Origin: an uncultured bacterium
Lineage (GTDB): Bacteria > Hydrothermota > Tepidihabitantia > Tepidihabitantales > Tepidihabitantaceae
Reading direction: 5' to 3'
NCBI GenBank assembly: GCA_964626075.1
Contig: CAZVDD010000015.1
Span: 8,773 to 72,772, forward strand
DNA: 64,000 nt
Shown here: piece after piece, positions 48,498 to 59,000 of the stretch
Position numbering within the stretch: the stretch's first letter is position 1
Layout of the letters: each line of letters begins with the position of its first letter
Position numbers and translations under genes: made by a program
The notes under the pieces: model-generated
The model's database searches: none
Told to the model about the DNA's origin: nothing
Seen by the model: the letters and a program-made list of their open reading frames with translations, nothing else

Positions 48498-49199
48498 CTA
48501 CTTTAATAAATTTTTAAATACTTCCAATGCTATTAATAAACTTTCTTTTCTTAACGCTTTATAATATTCTGGTTTGTGAATCGGTTTATCAACCTTTCTC
48601 TCGCCTTCAAGCAAAGTAATGATATTTAAGTCAATGTCAAAATATGAAAGTAGAGTATGTGTAGAGGGACTACCATATTTAACATGATTGGCAGATGAAT
48701 AATCTCCGCCAAGCTGGCTTTCTAATTGAAATAACACAAAAGCAAGATCGGGATAAACTTGTTTAAAAAGCGTAAAATCAACTAAAATTCTTTTTAACAT
48801 TGCATTTTCTGTATATGCTTTACACTCCATTGCGATTTTAAATTTTCCGTCTACATGAACATGAACATCTGTTCGTAGTGGATAATAAAAATCATTAATA
48901 TGTTTCTTAATAAATTTTTTAACTTCTGGGCTTTTGACTCTTTCAATATATTCTCTTTTAATCGGAATTTTTACAGTTTCCTTATCAAGGGATAATCTAC
49001 TAGGATCTCTTCCTAGTTCTTTCCATGCTATTTCAATTAAACTTTTCGCTAAACTTTCAACAAGCATTCCTTTCCCCGCTCTTATTATCCCACCATAGGC
49101 TCGGTCTTCTGATTCTTTTGCCCTTGTATCAATACCTTTAACTAATAACTCGTAGGCATTAATAAGCGATTGTATGTCTTTTGAAAATTTTTTATCCAT
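48498..49199 (-). CDS. putative type II restriction endonuclease
   Basis: TDVHV...MECKAY PD-(D/E)xK motif; directly downstream of the methyltransferase. Confidence 0.75.
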   Translation of the reverse strand: MDKKFSKDIQSLINAYELLVKGIDTRAKESEDRAYGGIIRAGKGMLVESLAKSLIEIAWKELGRDPSRLSLDKETVKIPIKREYIERVKSPEVKKFIKKHINDFYYPLRTDVHVHVDGKFKIAMECKAYTENAMLKRILVDFTLFKQVYPDLAFVLFQLESQLGGDYSSANHVKYGSPSTHTLLSYFDIDLNIITLLEGERKVDKPIHKPEYYKALRKESLLIALEVFKNLLK

Positions 49200-49204
49200 A
49201 TTTT

Positions 49205-50365
49205 TTAAAGTAAACTTATATTAGCTTGAGTATTTTTAAGTCTATCCTCTGCTTTTTTGCAGTATTCTTCAGATACATCAATGCCAATATAATTTCTGGA
49301 TAATCTTTTAGCTACAGCGGTAGTTGTCCCAACGCCATTAAAAGGGTCCAAAATTACATCTCCTTTATAACTAAACAATTTTAACACTCGCTCAGCAAGG
49401 GCTTCCGGGAACATTGCAGGATGCCCGTATTTCTTCATGTTATACTCGGGCTGAATGTCCCATTTCGCATAAACCCATTTTTTAAACTCATCAGCAGTGA
49501 TATCGGCATTTCTCCAATTTCCTCCGTGTCTCAAGTCGCCCTTGCAAAAAATTTCAAGAAATTCCCAAGTGTATTTTAAGTAAGGATTGCTTGGACTTTT
49601 CCAACTTCCCCACGCAGTATATTTACAGCTGTAATGATGTTTATCCCATAAAATTTCGCCTTTCCAAATAAGTTTATTCTTGATAAAAAAATCAGAAATT
49701 ATATGGTGGATAGGAACATAATCTGAAAATAAAGGCTGGACATCAACAATAATTCTGCCACCATATTTAAGAACTCTTATACACTCCTGGAATATAGCAA
49801 AAAGTTTATTAAAGTATTCATTCCAGTTGACCCCGTCTTTGTGATTCTCATAATCCAAACCAAAATTATATGGTGGAGAAGTAAAAATTAAATCAATACA
49901 ATTATCAGGAAATTTCTTTAAAACTTGCTCACTGTCTCCGACTATTATTTTGTTCAAAAATTCATCAGGAATTTTATTATTCTGTCTAGAGAAATTGTGT
50001 CCTCTTGTATAATAGTGAATGCCGCGTTCTATTTCTTTTGCTTCTCTATTCTTTACTTTTCGTTCTTTGTTATAGCCAACATATAATCTTTTTCTGCCTT
50101 TTAGCCCATAACTTTTTATTTTTTCAACATTATAAAATATTAAGTTTAATAATTTAGCGGTTTTGCTATCTGAACTTTTAGCTAATGTTTGAATGCTGTT
50201 TTTAAAATGAAAAAAGTCTAATTCTCGTAAATAGATAGTTATTCCATTATTATTCAATTCAAAATAAATGTCCTCTTTTGGGAATGAAGAAAATAACTGC
50301 CGAAGTGTAGCTTCATTCTGATTCACGTCTTTAATACCAACTTTTATTGATAGGTAATTGTCCAT
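49205..50365 (-). CDS. site-specific DNA methyltransferase (N4-C/N6-A, beta class)
   Basis: TSPPYN precedes HPAMFP and LDPFNGVGTT. Confidence 0.92.
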   Translation of the reverse strand: MDNYLSIKVGIKDVNQNEATLRQLFSSFPKEDIYFELNNNGITIYLRELDFFHFKNSIQTLAKSSDSKTAKLLNLIFYNVEKIKSYGLKGRKRLYVGYNKERKVKNREAKEIERGIHYYTRGHNFSRQNNKIPDEFLNKIIVGDSEQVLKKFPDNCIDLIFTSPPYNFGLDYENHKDGVNWNEYFNKLFAIFQECIRVLKYGGRIIVDVQPLFSDYVPIHHIISDFFIKNKLIWKGEILWDKHHYSCKYTAWGSWKSPSNPYLKYTWEFLEIFCKGDLRHGGNWRNADITADEFKKWVYAKWDIQPEYNMKKYGHPAMFPEALAERVLKLFSYKGDVILDPFNGVGTTTAVAKRLSRNYIGIDVSEEYCKKAEDRLKNTQANISLL

Positions 50366-50368
50366 AAA

Positions 50369-50571
50369 TTATATTAATTCGTTCACAGTTATATTTAATG
50401 CTTTCGCTATTTAGCCATTACTAAAACCGAATGTTTTTTGATAACTCCGCTTTCAATTTTAGTTAAGGTGGTATATTTGACGCCGGATTTTTTAGCAAAA
50501 TCGTCCGGCGATAAACCTTGTTTTGTTCGGTTTTTCTTTATATTTTCACTAATGTTATTTTCTTTTGCCAT
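50369..50571 (-). pseudogene. XRE-family HTH regulator (controller-like) with a 1-nt frameshift
   Basis: MAKENNISENIKK...TLTKIESG...VMAK stop; the adjacent frame continues IAKALNITVNELI stop, ending 3 nt before the methyltransferase ATG. Confidence 0.7.
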
Positions 50572-50707
50572 ATTTTCAATAATTTGACAGCACGATATTT
50601 TAGTATTAACAAGCTCTACTTTCAATGTAATGATAACAATAAATTAAAATCAAGCAAGGAAAACAAAATAATAAAAGTACCCTTCTGAACTTGCTGAGCT
50701 TAGCCCA

Positions 50708-50798
<91 letters not shown>

Positions 50799-50890
50799 GT
50801 TGCCGGTTTATAGGAAAATAAAAGAAAATGTGCCCGATGTCAAACCGATTCATCGTGTTGACATTTTTCTCCGGACCGGTATTTTGTCCT

Positions 50891-51958
50891 GTGGCGTGGT
50901 TGAGTTTTCTTGTTCTGGTTTTGAGCCCGGGGGCGATGTCCGATACGGTTTTACTTGTTGGCCGATGTCCAATTGAGTCGGTGATAAGTTTAACCGCCGG
51001 TCTTTTTTTATCTGATTCTAATGACCAGGTGTTGGTTGCGCAGCGTTTAGGGGAAGTGAACCTGTTTGCCCTCGATGGCAAGGGCAAAACGAAAGCGGTT
51101 GTTTCCCGGCTGGTTTTGCTTAAAGTTGGCACCCGGGGATTTGAACCGGTGTGGCGGTCTAGTTTGATACTTGAGCCCAAGGGGTTGAGTGCCGGGGTTG
51201 GTTCGGATGTGGCAGCGGTTGGGGATTTTGACTTTGACCAGTTCTATGAGGTTGTTTTGGTGGGAGGTGATTCGGTCCGGATTTTGGAGTTGAACGGTGC
51301 GGAGCGAACGGTCGATTTTTCAGCGGGCGCGGTTGAGGGTGCGGTGATTGCCGATGTTGATGGCGACTCGTTTCCTGAATTGGCGCTGCTGGCGACCGTT
51401 TTTGATTCTCTGGGGAATAGGCAGGTGGTGGAGATTCTGGGTTGGCAGGATGGTGGTTTGGTGTTGAAGGGGAAGCCAGTTGAGATTTTGGCTGCTGAGA
51501 GGGGTTTACGGTTTTCCCTTTTGGGTGCGGCACGGCTGGAAGATTATCCAGGGACGCCGGTGATACTGGGAAGCGAGGAGAAAAGGGTGAAGCCGGGTGT
51601 TTACGGTGCGGTTTATGCGGTAAACCCGGACTCTTTTGCGTTTACTTTTACGCCTTTTCCGGCGCATGACTGGTTTTCCAAGGAGGAGGTGTTGCCCGCA
51701 GGTCGGTTGCAGCTTTTTAATGTTGGCGATACCCTGGTCGCTTATGGTTTTTTTGTGCCCGGGTCAAGACCAGGCGGTCCGGCAAAGAGTTTTGCCGCGT
51801 TGCAGGACGGCGCGTGGCGATTGTTGCGGTTGAAGCCAGCAGCGCAGCGGCTGAACGGTTTGATATGCCGGTTTCGGTATCAGGGGCAGAACGGCTGGCT
51901 GGAGTTGCGCGGCAATATCTTTTACTTTTATCCCGGAGAGCCGTTTTACTGGCGGTAG
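50891..51958 (+). CDS. exported hypothetical protein with FG-GAP/VCBS-like motifs
   Basis: Hydrophobic N-terminus; GDFDFDQFYEVV and ADVDGDSFPELA; start uncertain. Confidence 0.55.
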   Translation: MAWLSFLVLVLSPGAMSDTVLLVGRCPIESVISLTAGLFLSDSNDQVLVAQRLGEVNLFALDGKGKTKAVVSRLVLLKVGTRGFEPVWRSSLILEPKGLSAGVGSDVAAVGDFDFDQFYEVVLVGGDSVRILELNGAERTVDFSAGAVEGAVIADVDGDSFPELALLATVFDSLGNRQVVEILGWQDGGLVLKGKPVEILAAERGLRFSLLGAARLEDYPGTPVILGSEEKRVKPGVYGAVYAVNPDSFAFTFTPFPAHDWFSKEEVLPAGRLQLFNVGDTLVAYGFFVPGSRPGGPAKSFAALQDGAWRLLRLKPAAQRLNGLICRFRYQGQNGWLELRGNIFYFYPGEPFYWR

Positions 51959-51997
51959 TCAGTTTGACTGGGTGTTGGGTAATGCTAAAATTGTCAG

Positions 51998-52474
51998 GTG
52001 CGTAAGGTTTATGTTCTGGAGCGGGACCTGCTTTTTGCGTTGACGAATCAGATGAAGGAGACCGCCCATTATCTGGACCTCAAGACCGGTGATGTGATTC
52101 CAGTTTTCAGTTTTAACCGGGATGAGATTCTTGCCCGGGTCAGAGCAAATCCGGAGCAGTATGTCCGGTTAGTTCCTCAAACAAGGGGCCAGGGTATTGA
52201 GATGATAAACCGGTTTATTGAAACGGTAAGCCGGGCAGATTTGAAGGCAAAATTGAAGGCGGCGGTAAAAGAGGGTAGGATATTTAGTCGGTTCCGGTCG
52301 GTGCTGGAAACCGCGCCTGAGGAGTTACGACGCTGGCAGCAGTTCCGGGTTATGGTGCTGACCGAGTCCCTGAAACAGAAGTTGCAGAAGATGAATCTGG
52401 AACTGGTGTTAATTGCGGACGATGCTGCCGGAACAACTTGCGTTCCAATGCCTGAAGACGAGCCGGACGAGTAG
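51998..52474 (+). CDS. UPF0158 family protein
   Basis: YLDLKTGDV, FIETV...L..A...FSRFR..L...W..FR pattern. Confidence 0.78.
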   Translation: MRKVYVLERDLLFALTNQMKETAHYLDLKTGDVIPVFSFNRDEILARVRANPEQYVRLVPQTRGQGIEMINRFIETVSRADLKAKLKAAVKEGRIFSRFRSVLETAPEELRRWQQFRVMVLTESLKQKLQKMNLELVLIADDAAGTTCVPMPEDEPDE

Positions 52475-52482
52475 TAAAGCCG

Positions 52483-54489
52483 CTAATTCATCAGCACAAA
52501 CTTTTTCGTCAGCCTTTTGCCACCGGCGGTAAGGCGAATTAAGTAAATGCCGGCAGGAACCCGGTTGCCATAATCATCAATTCGGTGCCATTCAAGCCGA
52601 TAGCGACCAGCGGTCTGTGTGCCGTTAACCAGTGTTTTCACCTTTCTGCCGGTCGGCGTAAAGATTTCGAGCCGGACATTTTCGGTCCGGGGCAGGGCAT
52701 AGTTGAGGGCGAGCCATTTATTAGGAGTTGAGTGGAGGAAGAGTTCGTGCCGGCTGAATTCGGGTTTTCTGTTCGGTCCGGACTGAAGACCGACCATCAC
52801 ACTGTGCTGGTCAAGAATCCATTCGTTCGGGTCAAACTCTAAGGCGCTGGGCTGCGCTGGTACGGTGAACACATTGCGCTGCGGGTTTTCGGTTACCGGA
52901 TAGCGGATAATTGTGTCACCACCGGTATAGGTGATTTTTACCTCAACCGGGATGTGGAAGGTAGGCGGAGCGCCATTGATATTGTCCTGGGCAAGGTCAA
53001 CAATCACCTGCCATCCGTCTTGCGTTTCTTGTGCCCACCAGCCAATCTGGTAGTTGGGATAGCCGAGGCTGTAAACCCATTCGTCAAAGAACCAGTTCAA
53101 ATCCAGGCCGGTCACCCGTTCGAAAATTCGGCGGTAGTCTTCGGTGTTGGCGTTACCGTAGCGGAAACTGTCGCCGTAGGCGCGCAGGGCACGGAAGAAT
53201 ATGCCGGGCGCGTTCCAGACCGTGTCGCCGACCACATAGCGGAGCATATGCTGGACCCAGGCGGCTTTGCAGTAGGAGTGGCCCCAGTCAAATTCGTGAC
53301 CCGAGGGTGGGTTGTAAATCGGGTGCGGGTCATTTGCCTCTTCAGTAAAGTAGTCCTGCGCCCGGTTTTGAATCAGGCTTTGGAAAGCGGCAAGTCCCTG
53401 TTGATGCCAGGTGTAGAGTTCGTCCGAGTAGGTGGCAAACCCTTCATTGAGCCAGATGTTGCGCCAGTCAAGACAGGTTACCATATCACCCCACCAGTGA
53501 TGGGAAAGTTCGTGAGCAAGACCATTGTCGTTGCCCCGCTGGATCCAGTAGCGGTGGACCATCGTCAGGGTTTGATTTTCCATCCCGCCCCATTGAAATG
53601 GATACGCGACAACATGGCCATACTTTTCGGTGGCAAAGGGGTAGGGCCCATAGCGTAAGGAGTCGGAGAAGAATCCAATCATATCTGGGACATTGCGAAA
53701 GGCGGTGACCGCAAGGCTGGAGTCTTCGGGCCAGACGAAGTTCTGGATATAGAGCGACTCGTTAGGCGCTGGATAAAACCACTGTTTGAAGTTTGCCCAT
53801 TTTGAGGCGGCAAAGGTTACGAGGTAGGTGCTGATTGGATAGCGGTGGGTCCACCAGCAGGTTTTTTTGCCGCCGGCAACAGTGACGCTGTCGAGAACGC
53901 CGTTGGCACAACCCGAGAACGAGTCCGGTGTGGTGATGTTGACTCGACAACCCCGTTCCGCTTTGTCCCAGGGTTCGTCAAAACAGGGAAACCAGTAGCG
54001 GGCATCAGAGGGTTCGGTTGTTGAGTAGCAGATGGCATGGGGAATACCCTGTGTTCCCCGGCTGTAGTAAAAGAAGCCACGGTTTTGAATCGTAGCGTTG
54101 CGGTGGTAGAAGATGTCAACGGCAAGCGATTCACCATTGGCAAATTCCCGGTCAAGGTCGATGAGGAGGCGGCCGCTATTTTGCGTAAAGGTGCAGGTGT
54201 TATTTTCCCGGCGCACCGAGTCGCAGATGAGGTTGACCATATGGAGACTGAATGTGTCAAAGTTGTTATGGCGGGCGATAAGTTCCACCCGGGTGTGGCC
54301 GCTCATCGCCCTTGAGTTCATCGGCAGGTCAATGTCAATTGTGTAGTGACGGACATCAAAGTGGTGGGTCGATTCGGCAAATGTGTAAATCGGTGGCTCG
54401 AAAGGCAGAAATTTGCCTTCGGTCAATGGCTGGGCAATGCTAATGCCCGCCATCAGAACTACAATTACGAGTAATGTTGAGTTTTTCAT
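52483..54489 (-). CDS. secreted M1 family aminopeptidase with FlgD/T9SS-like C-terminal domain
   Basis: ARYWFPCFDEP, GGMEN, HELSH...WLNEGFATY, AGIYLIRL...KKFV. Confidence 0.92.
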   Translation of the reverse strand: MKNSTLLVIVVLMAGISIAQPLTEGKFLPFEPPIYTFAESTHHFDVRHYTIDIDLPMNSRAMSGHTRVELIARHNNFDTFSLHMVNLICDSVRRENNTCTFTQNSGRLLIDLDREFANGESLAVDIFYHRNATIQNRGFFYYSRGTQGIPHAICYSTTEPSDARYWFPCFDEPWDKAERGCRVNITTPDSFSGCANGVLDSVTVAGGKKTCWWTHRYPISTYLVTFAASKWANFKQWFYPAPNESLYIQNFVWPEDSSLAVTAFRNVPDMIGFFSDSLRYGPYPFATEKYGHVVAYPFQWGGMENQTLTMVHRYWIQRGNDNGLAHELSHHWWGDMVTCLDWRNIWLNEGFATYSDELYTWHQQGLAAFQSLIQNRAQDYFTEEANDPHPIYNPPSGHEFDWGHSYCKAAWVQHMLRYVVGDTVWNAPGIFFRALRAYGDSFRYGNANTEDYRRIFERVTGLDLNWFFDEWVYSLGYPNYQIGWWAQETQDGWQVIVDLAQDNINGAPPTFHIPVEVKITYTGGDTIIRYPVTENPQRNVFTVPAQPSALEFDPNEWILDQHSVMVGLQSGPNRKPEFSRHELFLHSTPNKWLALNYALPRTENVRLEIFTPTGRKVKTLVNGTQTAGRYRLEWHRIDDYGNRVPAGIYLIRLTAGGKRLTKKFVLMN

Positions 54490-54508
54490 TTTTATCTCCT
54501 TTTTCTTT

Positions 54509-55927
54509 TCAATGTTTGTGGCGTGCTGGGAATATCAGCGCCATCAGCACAAATACGATGAGGCTGACCACTATTCCCGGAATAAATCCATGGATACGGC
54601 CCGGGTTTTTCAATGCCATCCAGGTTAAGGCGGTGCTGCTGCCGGCAAGCATTGAGGTGAATGCCGCAACCCGGCTCGGTCGGTGCCAGTAGAGGCCAAA
54701 AAGGTAGGGCCAGAGGGTTGTTGCCGCAATAACCGCCCAGGAAAAGCCGGTGATGACGAGAATCATTGCCGGTGGCTTGATGGCGATGAGGAAGGCGATA
54801 ATTCCGATGCCCGCGGCAACGAGACGGGAGATGGTGACCTCTTTTTCCGGTGTAAAACGGGCGCCGAAACTGTCGCGCAGCAGGTCCTTGACAATAGCAC
54901 TGGCGGCGGTGATGAGAACCGCGGCGAATGTTGACATTCCCGCAGCAACAACACCGGTGAGGAAGACGGCGCCCGCTGCTGGTGAGAGGGCGGTTTTCAC
55001 GAGATGGGGAATTGCCTGGTCGGGATTGGCAAGGTTGGGGAAGAAGAGTCGCGCTGCGGCACCGTTGAAATAGGGCAAAAGCGCCATTGCGGCACCAGCG
55101 GTTGCCAGAGCCGTTCCCAGTTTCAAAACCCGAACGGTTTTGATGGAATAGAAACGGCTGACCAGTTGCGGCATTCCCCAGACGCCAAAACTGACAATCG
55201 CCGAGTAGGAAAGGAGTCCAGCCCAGCCCCAACTGCCCGGGGTCTGGACGAATTTACCGCCTTCAATTGCGCTCAGTCGGGCGAACAACTGGCTGAGACC
55301 GCCGGCACGAACAACCGAAGCGCCGGTCAAAAGAATGAGGGCGACAATCATCACCCAGGCTTGAAAGAATCCGGTCCAGACCACAGCGAGATAACCGCCC
55401 AGTGCGACATAGACGATGATGACAATGCCGGAAATCAACAGTCCATAGATGTAGGGCAAATCCATCAACACCGAGAAGGAGTGTCCCATTCCCTGAAGGA
55501 CCGAGACGCTGTAGATGGTAAGAAAGAGCCCGATGATGAAGGCGGCAAACAGTTTTGCTTCCGGGGAGTGGTACCGTTTGCCGATGAGGTCGGGCAGGGT
55601 AAGGGCGTGAAGTTTGGCGGTCAGGGTGCGGGTCCTTTTACCGAGTACAATCCAGGCGAGGAGAGTGCCGACGAGGACATTGGTGGCACCAATCCAGAGC
55701 GTTCCCATTCCGTATTTGTAACCGAACCCGCCGCCCCCGATGATGACCACTGAAGAGAAGTAGGCGGCAACGAAGGAGAAGGCGGTGACCCAAGGTCCGA
55801 GCGAACGGGAGCCGAGATAAAAACCTTCAGCCGAGCGTTTCATCCGGGCGCTGGTGATGACACCAATCACAAACAGCGTCGCAAGATAAAGAAACAGCGT
55901 CAGGGCATAGATGAGGGTCGGGTTCAT
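54509..55927 (-). CDS. sodium:solute symporter (PutP/PanF-like)
   Basis: FYLGSRSLGPW, YVALGGYLAVVWT, GMPQLVSRF, AAGMST, GLYW. Confidence 0.9.
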   Translation of the reverse strand: MNPTLIYALTLFLYLATLFVIGVITSARMKRSAEGFYLGSRSLGPWVTAFSFVAAYFSSVVIIGGGGFGYKYGMGTLWIGATNVLVGTLLAWIVLGKRTRTLTAKLHALTLPDLIGKRYHSPEAKLFAAFIIGLFLTIYSVSVLQGMGHSFSVLMDLPYIYGLLISGIVIIVYVALGGYLAVVWTGFFQAWVMIVALILLTGASVVRAGGLSQLFARLSAIEGGKFVQTPGSWGWAGLLSYSAIVSFGVWGMPQLVSRFYSIKTVRVLKLGTALATAGAAMALLPYFNGAAARLFFPNLANPDQAIPHLVKTALSPAAGAVFLTGVVAAGMSTFAAVLITAASAIVKDLLRDSFGARFTPEKEVTISRLVAAGIGIIAFLIAIKPPAMILVITGFSWAVIAATTLWPYLFGLYWHRPSRVAAFTSMLAGSSTALTWMALKNPGRIHGFIPGIVVSLIVFVLMALIFPARHKH

Positions 55928-56041
55928 TCAGTCGTCCTCAAGACGGGTGAATATCGCCCAGAGCAGGGCGCCAACGATGCTGCCCAGGGCAACAATTACC
56001 GCCCCGAATGTGAGCCAGGGACAGTTGAAGGGCCCGCTCAT
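55928..56041 (-). CDS. 37-aa single-TM symporter accessory protein (not in the ORF track)
   Basis: MSGPFNCPWLTFGAVIVALGSIVGALLWAIFTRLEDD; its stop abuts the symporter ATG. Confidence 0.65.
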   Translation of the reverse strand: MSGPFNCPWLTFGAVIVALGSIVGALLWAIFTRLEDD

Positions 56042-56182
56042 AAACTATTATATTAGCCCTGGTAACAGCAGAGTCAATAAAGTGATAACTGCTTGACATT
56101 ATAGGAAAATGCCGTTATGCTAATCAACCGGCAGGTTGCCGGTGTTAAGAAAGAGGCATTAAAGTTAACGAAAGGAGTGGTG

Positions 56183-57901
56183 ATGCGTAAGGTAGCATTA
56201 GTATGTCTGGCGCTGGGCATTGGCCTGGTGTTCGCGAGTGGCGAGCGCTGGCTGAGCCCAACACCAACCCATCATTACACGATTCCTGACCCTGAGCCTG
56301 GAATCTTTCCGCCGGCACCCGAGGTTTTTTTCTCGGTTACCGATACATTCAAGTACGATGACAATATGCCGGCGAGCGCCTGGGCGTGGAATCAGGGCGG
56401 TAATGGCTGGGGGGTGAAGTTTATCAGTCCGGCAAGCAGTTTTACCCTGAGTGGGGCGCTGATTCACTTCTACTCGGGCTGGCCTAATCCCGGTGGCACA
56501 CGGGCGATGGTCAAGGTTTACGCCGATGATGGTCCGGGCGGTTCACCAGGAACCGAAATCTGGCATTCCGACACCCTGAACATAACCCGTGGGCAATGGA
56601 ACTATGTGCCGATTGGTGAGCCGATTGTGGGTACGAACTACTACATCTTCTATATTCAGGTTGACTCCTATCCCATCTGTCCCGGTCTTTCAATCGATGC
56701 GGCGAACAACGCACCTTCGCACCGGATGTGGAGTTTGCTGGGTGGTGCCTTCAGCGAGGATGCCCGAAGGGGCGAGTGGTTGATTCGTTCGGTGGTTGAG
56801 TGGGACCCGCCCGCAACCGATGCGGCAACGCTCTGGTTCGCAACCAATATGCCGCAGGATACGCTGCCGAATGTCAACTTGACAATCCGAGCGACAATCA
56901 AGAATTTAGGGACCGACCCGCTACCATTAGGCACGCCGGTGCGGCTAAAAATCACCGGTCCGGAGAGTTACACCTATGAAGATACGATGACAACAACTGC
57001 CGCCTTGCAGCGGGGTCAGACCGCGCAGATGAACTTCTCACCGGCGTGGCGTATTCCCAATGTGACCGGTGCCTATCAGATTAATGTGTGGACCGAAGCT
57101 GCCGGTGAGCAGTACCCGGCTGACGATACCATTATCTATGACCTGAGCGTTGCGCGTTGGATTGAGTATGCAAATTACAACAGCCCGTACTGGATAACCT
57201 GGGCAGGACCAGAGCGGGCAACGAAGTTCAATCCGGCGGACTTCGGTGTTCAGTATCCGGTAGGGCTGGGCAGGGTTCGCACCCAGTTCTATCTCCATCC
57301 TAATTATCCCTGGCCCGATTCCACCTTCCGGTTCAAAATCTACGCCGGTGATGGTTCAACCCTGCTTTACGAGTCCGAGGACCTTGAGGCGCCAGCCGGT
57401 GCACCCGGCAGAATTATTGCCTATGACTTGGACTCACTCCTGATATTCCCTTCGGGTGAGTTCTATGTGGCGGTGGCGCCGGTACACCCTTCCGGTCATC
57501 CAACAAGCCTTGCGGACGACACCAGTAACAACCGCAGTTACTACGGTGGGGCGGGTGGCTGGATACCTTGGACCAACGGTGAACTTTTCATCTCGGCTTC
57601 GGTGCAGGGTGGGGTCGGCGTCGCAGAAGGTTTCAACCCGAATCTGCGCAACGCCCAGCTGGTGTTCACCAATCCGGCAACTGACCGGGTGGAAATCCGC
57701 TGGCAGGTACCCAAATCCAGTCGGGTGCAAATCGCCCTGTACGATGCAACGGGCCGGCTGGTACGCAACCTGTATCAGGCGGATGAGGCACGAGCAGGGA
57801 GGTTTGCGGTTGACCTGAAGTCGCTGGCCGCGGGCGTTTATCTCGTGCGGCTGGAGAGTCCGGCGGGTTCAGCAACCCACAAACTGACCGTCAACCGATA
57901 A
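56183..57901 (+). CDS. secreted protein with two related beta domains, a CARDB-like domain and T9SS-like C-terminal domain
   Basis: Signal peptide, AAGGAG RBS, ATIKNLG, NPA...AGVYLVRL...KLTV. Confidence 0.75.
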   Translation: MRKVALVCLALGIGLVFASGERWLSPTPTHHYTIPDPEPGIFPPAPEVFFSVTDTFKYDDNMPASAWAWNQGGNGWGVKFISPASSFTLSGALIHFYSGWPNPGGTRAMVKVYADDGPGGSPGTEIWHSDTLNITRGQWNYVPIGEPIVGTNYYIFYIQVDSYPICPGLSIDAANNAPSHRMWSLLGGAFSEDARRGEWLIRSVVEWDPPATDAATLWFATNMPQDTLPNVNLTIRATIKNLGTDPLPLGTPVRLKITGPESYTYEDTMTTTAALQRGQTAQMNFSPAWRIPNVTGAYQINVWTEAAGEQYPADDTIIYDLSVARWIEYANYNSPYWITWAGPERATKFNPADFGVQYPVGLGRVRTQFYLHPNYPWPDSTFRFKIYAGDGSTLLYESEDLEAPAGAPGRIIAYDLDSLLIFPSGEFYVAVAPVHPSGHPTSLADDTSNNRSYYGGAGGWIPWTNGELFISASVQGGVGVAEGFNPNLRNAQLVFTNPATDRVEIRWQVPKSSRVQIALYDATGRLVRNLYQADEARAGRFAVDLKSLAAGVYLVRLESPAGSATHKLTVNR

Positions 57902-57919
57902 GAGGTAAAGTCGCTCTTC

Positions 57920-57945
57920 AAGGGGGTCAATATTGACCCCCTTTT
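57920..57945. terminator. bidirectional intrinsic terminator
   Basis: AAGGGGGTCAA-TA-TTGACCCCCTTTT inverted repeat between convergent genes. Confidence 0.7.
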
Positions 57946-58312
57946 ATTTTTCCTGTTCCAGCCGATAAAGTTGTTCGTCGGTGAGCCCGAAGTAGTGGCC
58001 AATTTCGTGAATTGTCACCCGGCGCACCAGATCGCGGATTTCCTGTTCGGTCTGGCACCGGGCTTGAATCGGCTCCTGAAAGATGACGATGGTGTCGGGT
58101 AGGACATTGCCGTAGAATGGTCCCCGGCGGTTGAAAGGTATCCCCTGGTAAACGCCAAGAATTGACCAGGGGTCTTTGCCTAAATGCGCGGTTAGTTCGG
58201 ACGGTGCCCGGGGCATCACCATCACATTGAGGTTATGGATGCGGTTGCGGAAAAATTCCGGGAGGTTGCGAACAACATCTTCCACTAAATTGAGAAACTG
58301 CTCCGGGTCCAA
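57944..58312 (-). CDS. minimal zincin-like metallopeptidase (Zincin_1)
   Basis: LGVYQGIP, PDTIVIFQEPI, HEIGHYFG; start uncertain. Confidence 0.85.
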   Translation of the reverse strand: MDPEQFLNLVEDVVRNLPEFFRNRIHNLNVMVMPRAPSELTAHLGKDPWSILGVYQGIPFNRRGPFYGNVLPDTIVIFQEPIQARCQTEQEIRDLVRRVTIHEIGHYFGLTDEQLYRLEQEK

Positions 58313-58313
58313 A

Positions 58314-59000
58314 TCAGCTCCGGGGTCCAAACAGCGCGGTACCGATACGAACAAGCGTGGCGCCGGACTCAATGCCGACCTCAAAGTCGGAGCTCATTCC
58401 CATCGACAGATGGGGCAGGGCGATGCCGAATTTTTGCTGCGCCTCGTTACGCAAACGGGCGAGGAGTTCAAAACAGGGTCTTGATGCCTCGGGGTCGTTA
58501 ACAGCCCAGCCCGGGCCAATTGTCATCAGCCCTTCGAGTTTCAGGCGGGGTAGTTCCCGTACCGCAGAAATGAGGTCCAACAGTTTAGCGGGCGGCACGC
58601 CGTGTTTGGTCGGCTCTTGTGAGGTGTTTACTTCAATCAGGATGGGCACGATTTTATTTAACTGTTCTGCCCGGCGCTCGATTTCCTGCGCCAGATGAAA
58701 GGAGTCGACGCTCTCAATGGTATGGAACAGCTCCAGGGCTTTTTTAACTTTGTTAGTTTGCAGGGTGCCGACAAGGTGCCAGTTAACCGGCGTTTTGATT
58801 AAAGGGATTTTGGTGGCCGCTTCCTGGACCCGGTTTTCACCGAAATGGGTGATGCCGGCGGCAATCGCCGCCTGAATCTGTGCTATTGGTTTTGTTTTGG
58901 TTACCGCGACGATTGTTATCTCTTGCGGGTCACGGCCGGAGCGGGCACAAGCGGCTTCGATGCGATGCAAGAGGTGTTTGAGGTTTTCCGCGACGCTCAT
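58314..59000 (-). CDS. yggS: PLP homeostasis protein YggS
   Basis: VAVTKT, FGENRVQE, WHLVGTLQTNK, GLMTI, LSMGMSSD, VRIGTALFG. Confidence 0.95.
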   Translation of the reverse strand: MSVAENLKHLLHRIEAACARSGRDPQEITIVAVTKTKPIAQIQAAIAAGITHFGENRVQEAATKIPLIKTPVNWHLVGTLQTNKVKKALELFHTIESVDSFHLAQEIERRAEQLNKIVPILIEVNTSQEPTKHGVPPAKLLDLISAVRELPRLKLEGLMTIGPGWAVNDPEASRPCFELLARLRNEAQQKFGIALPHLSMGMSSDFEVGIESGATLVRIGTALFGPRS

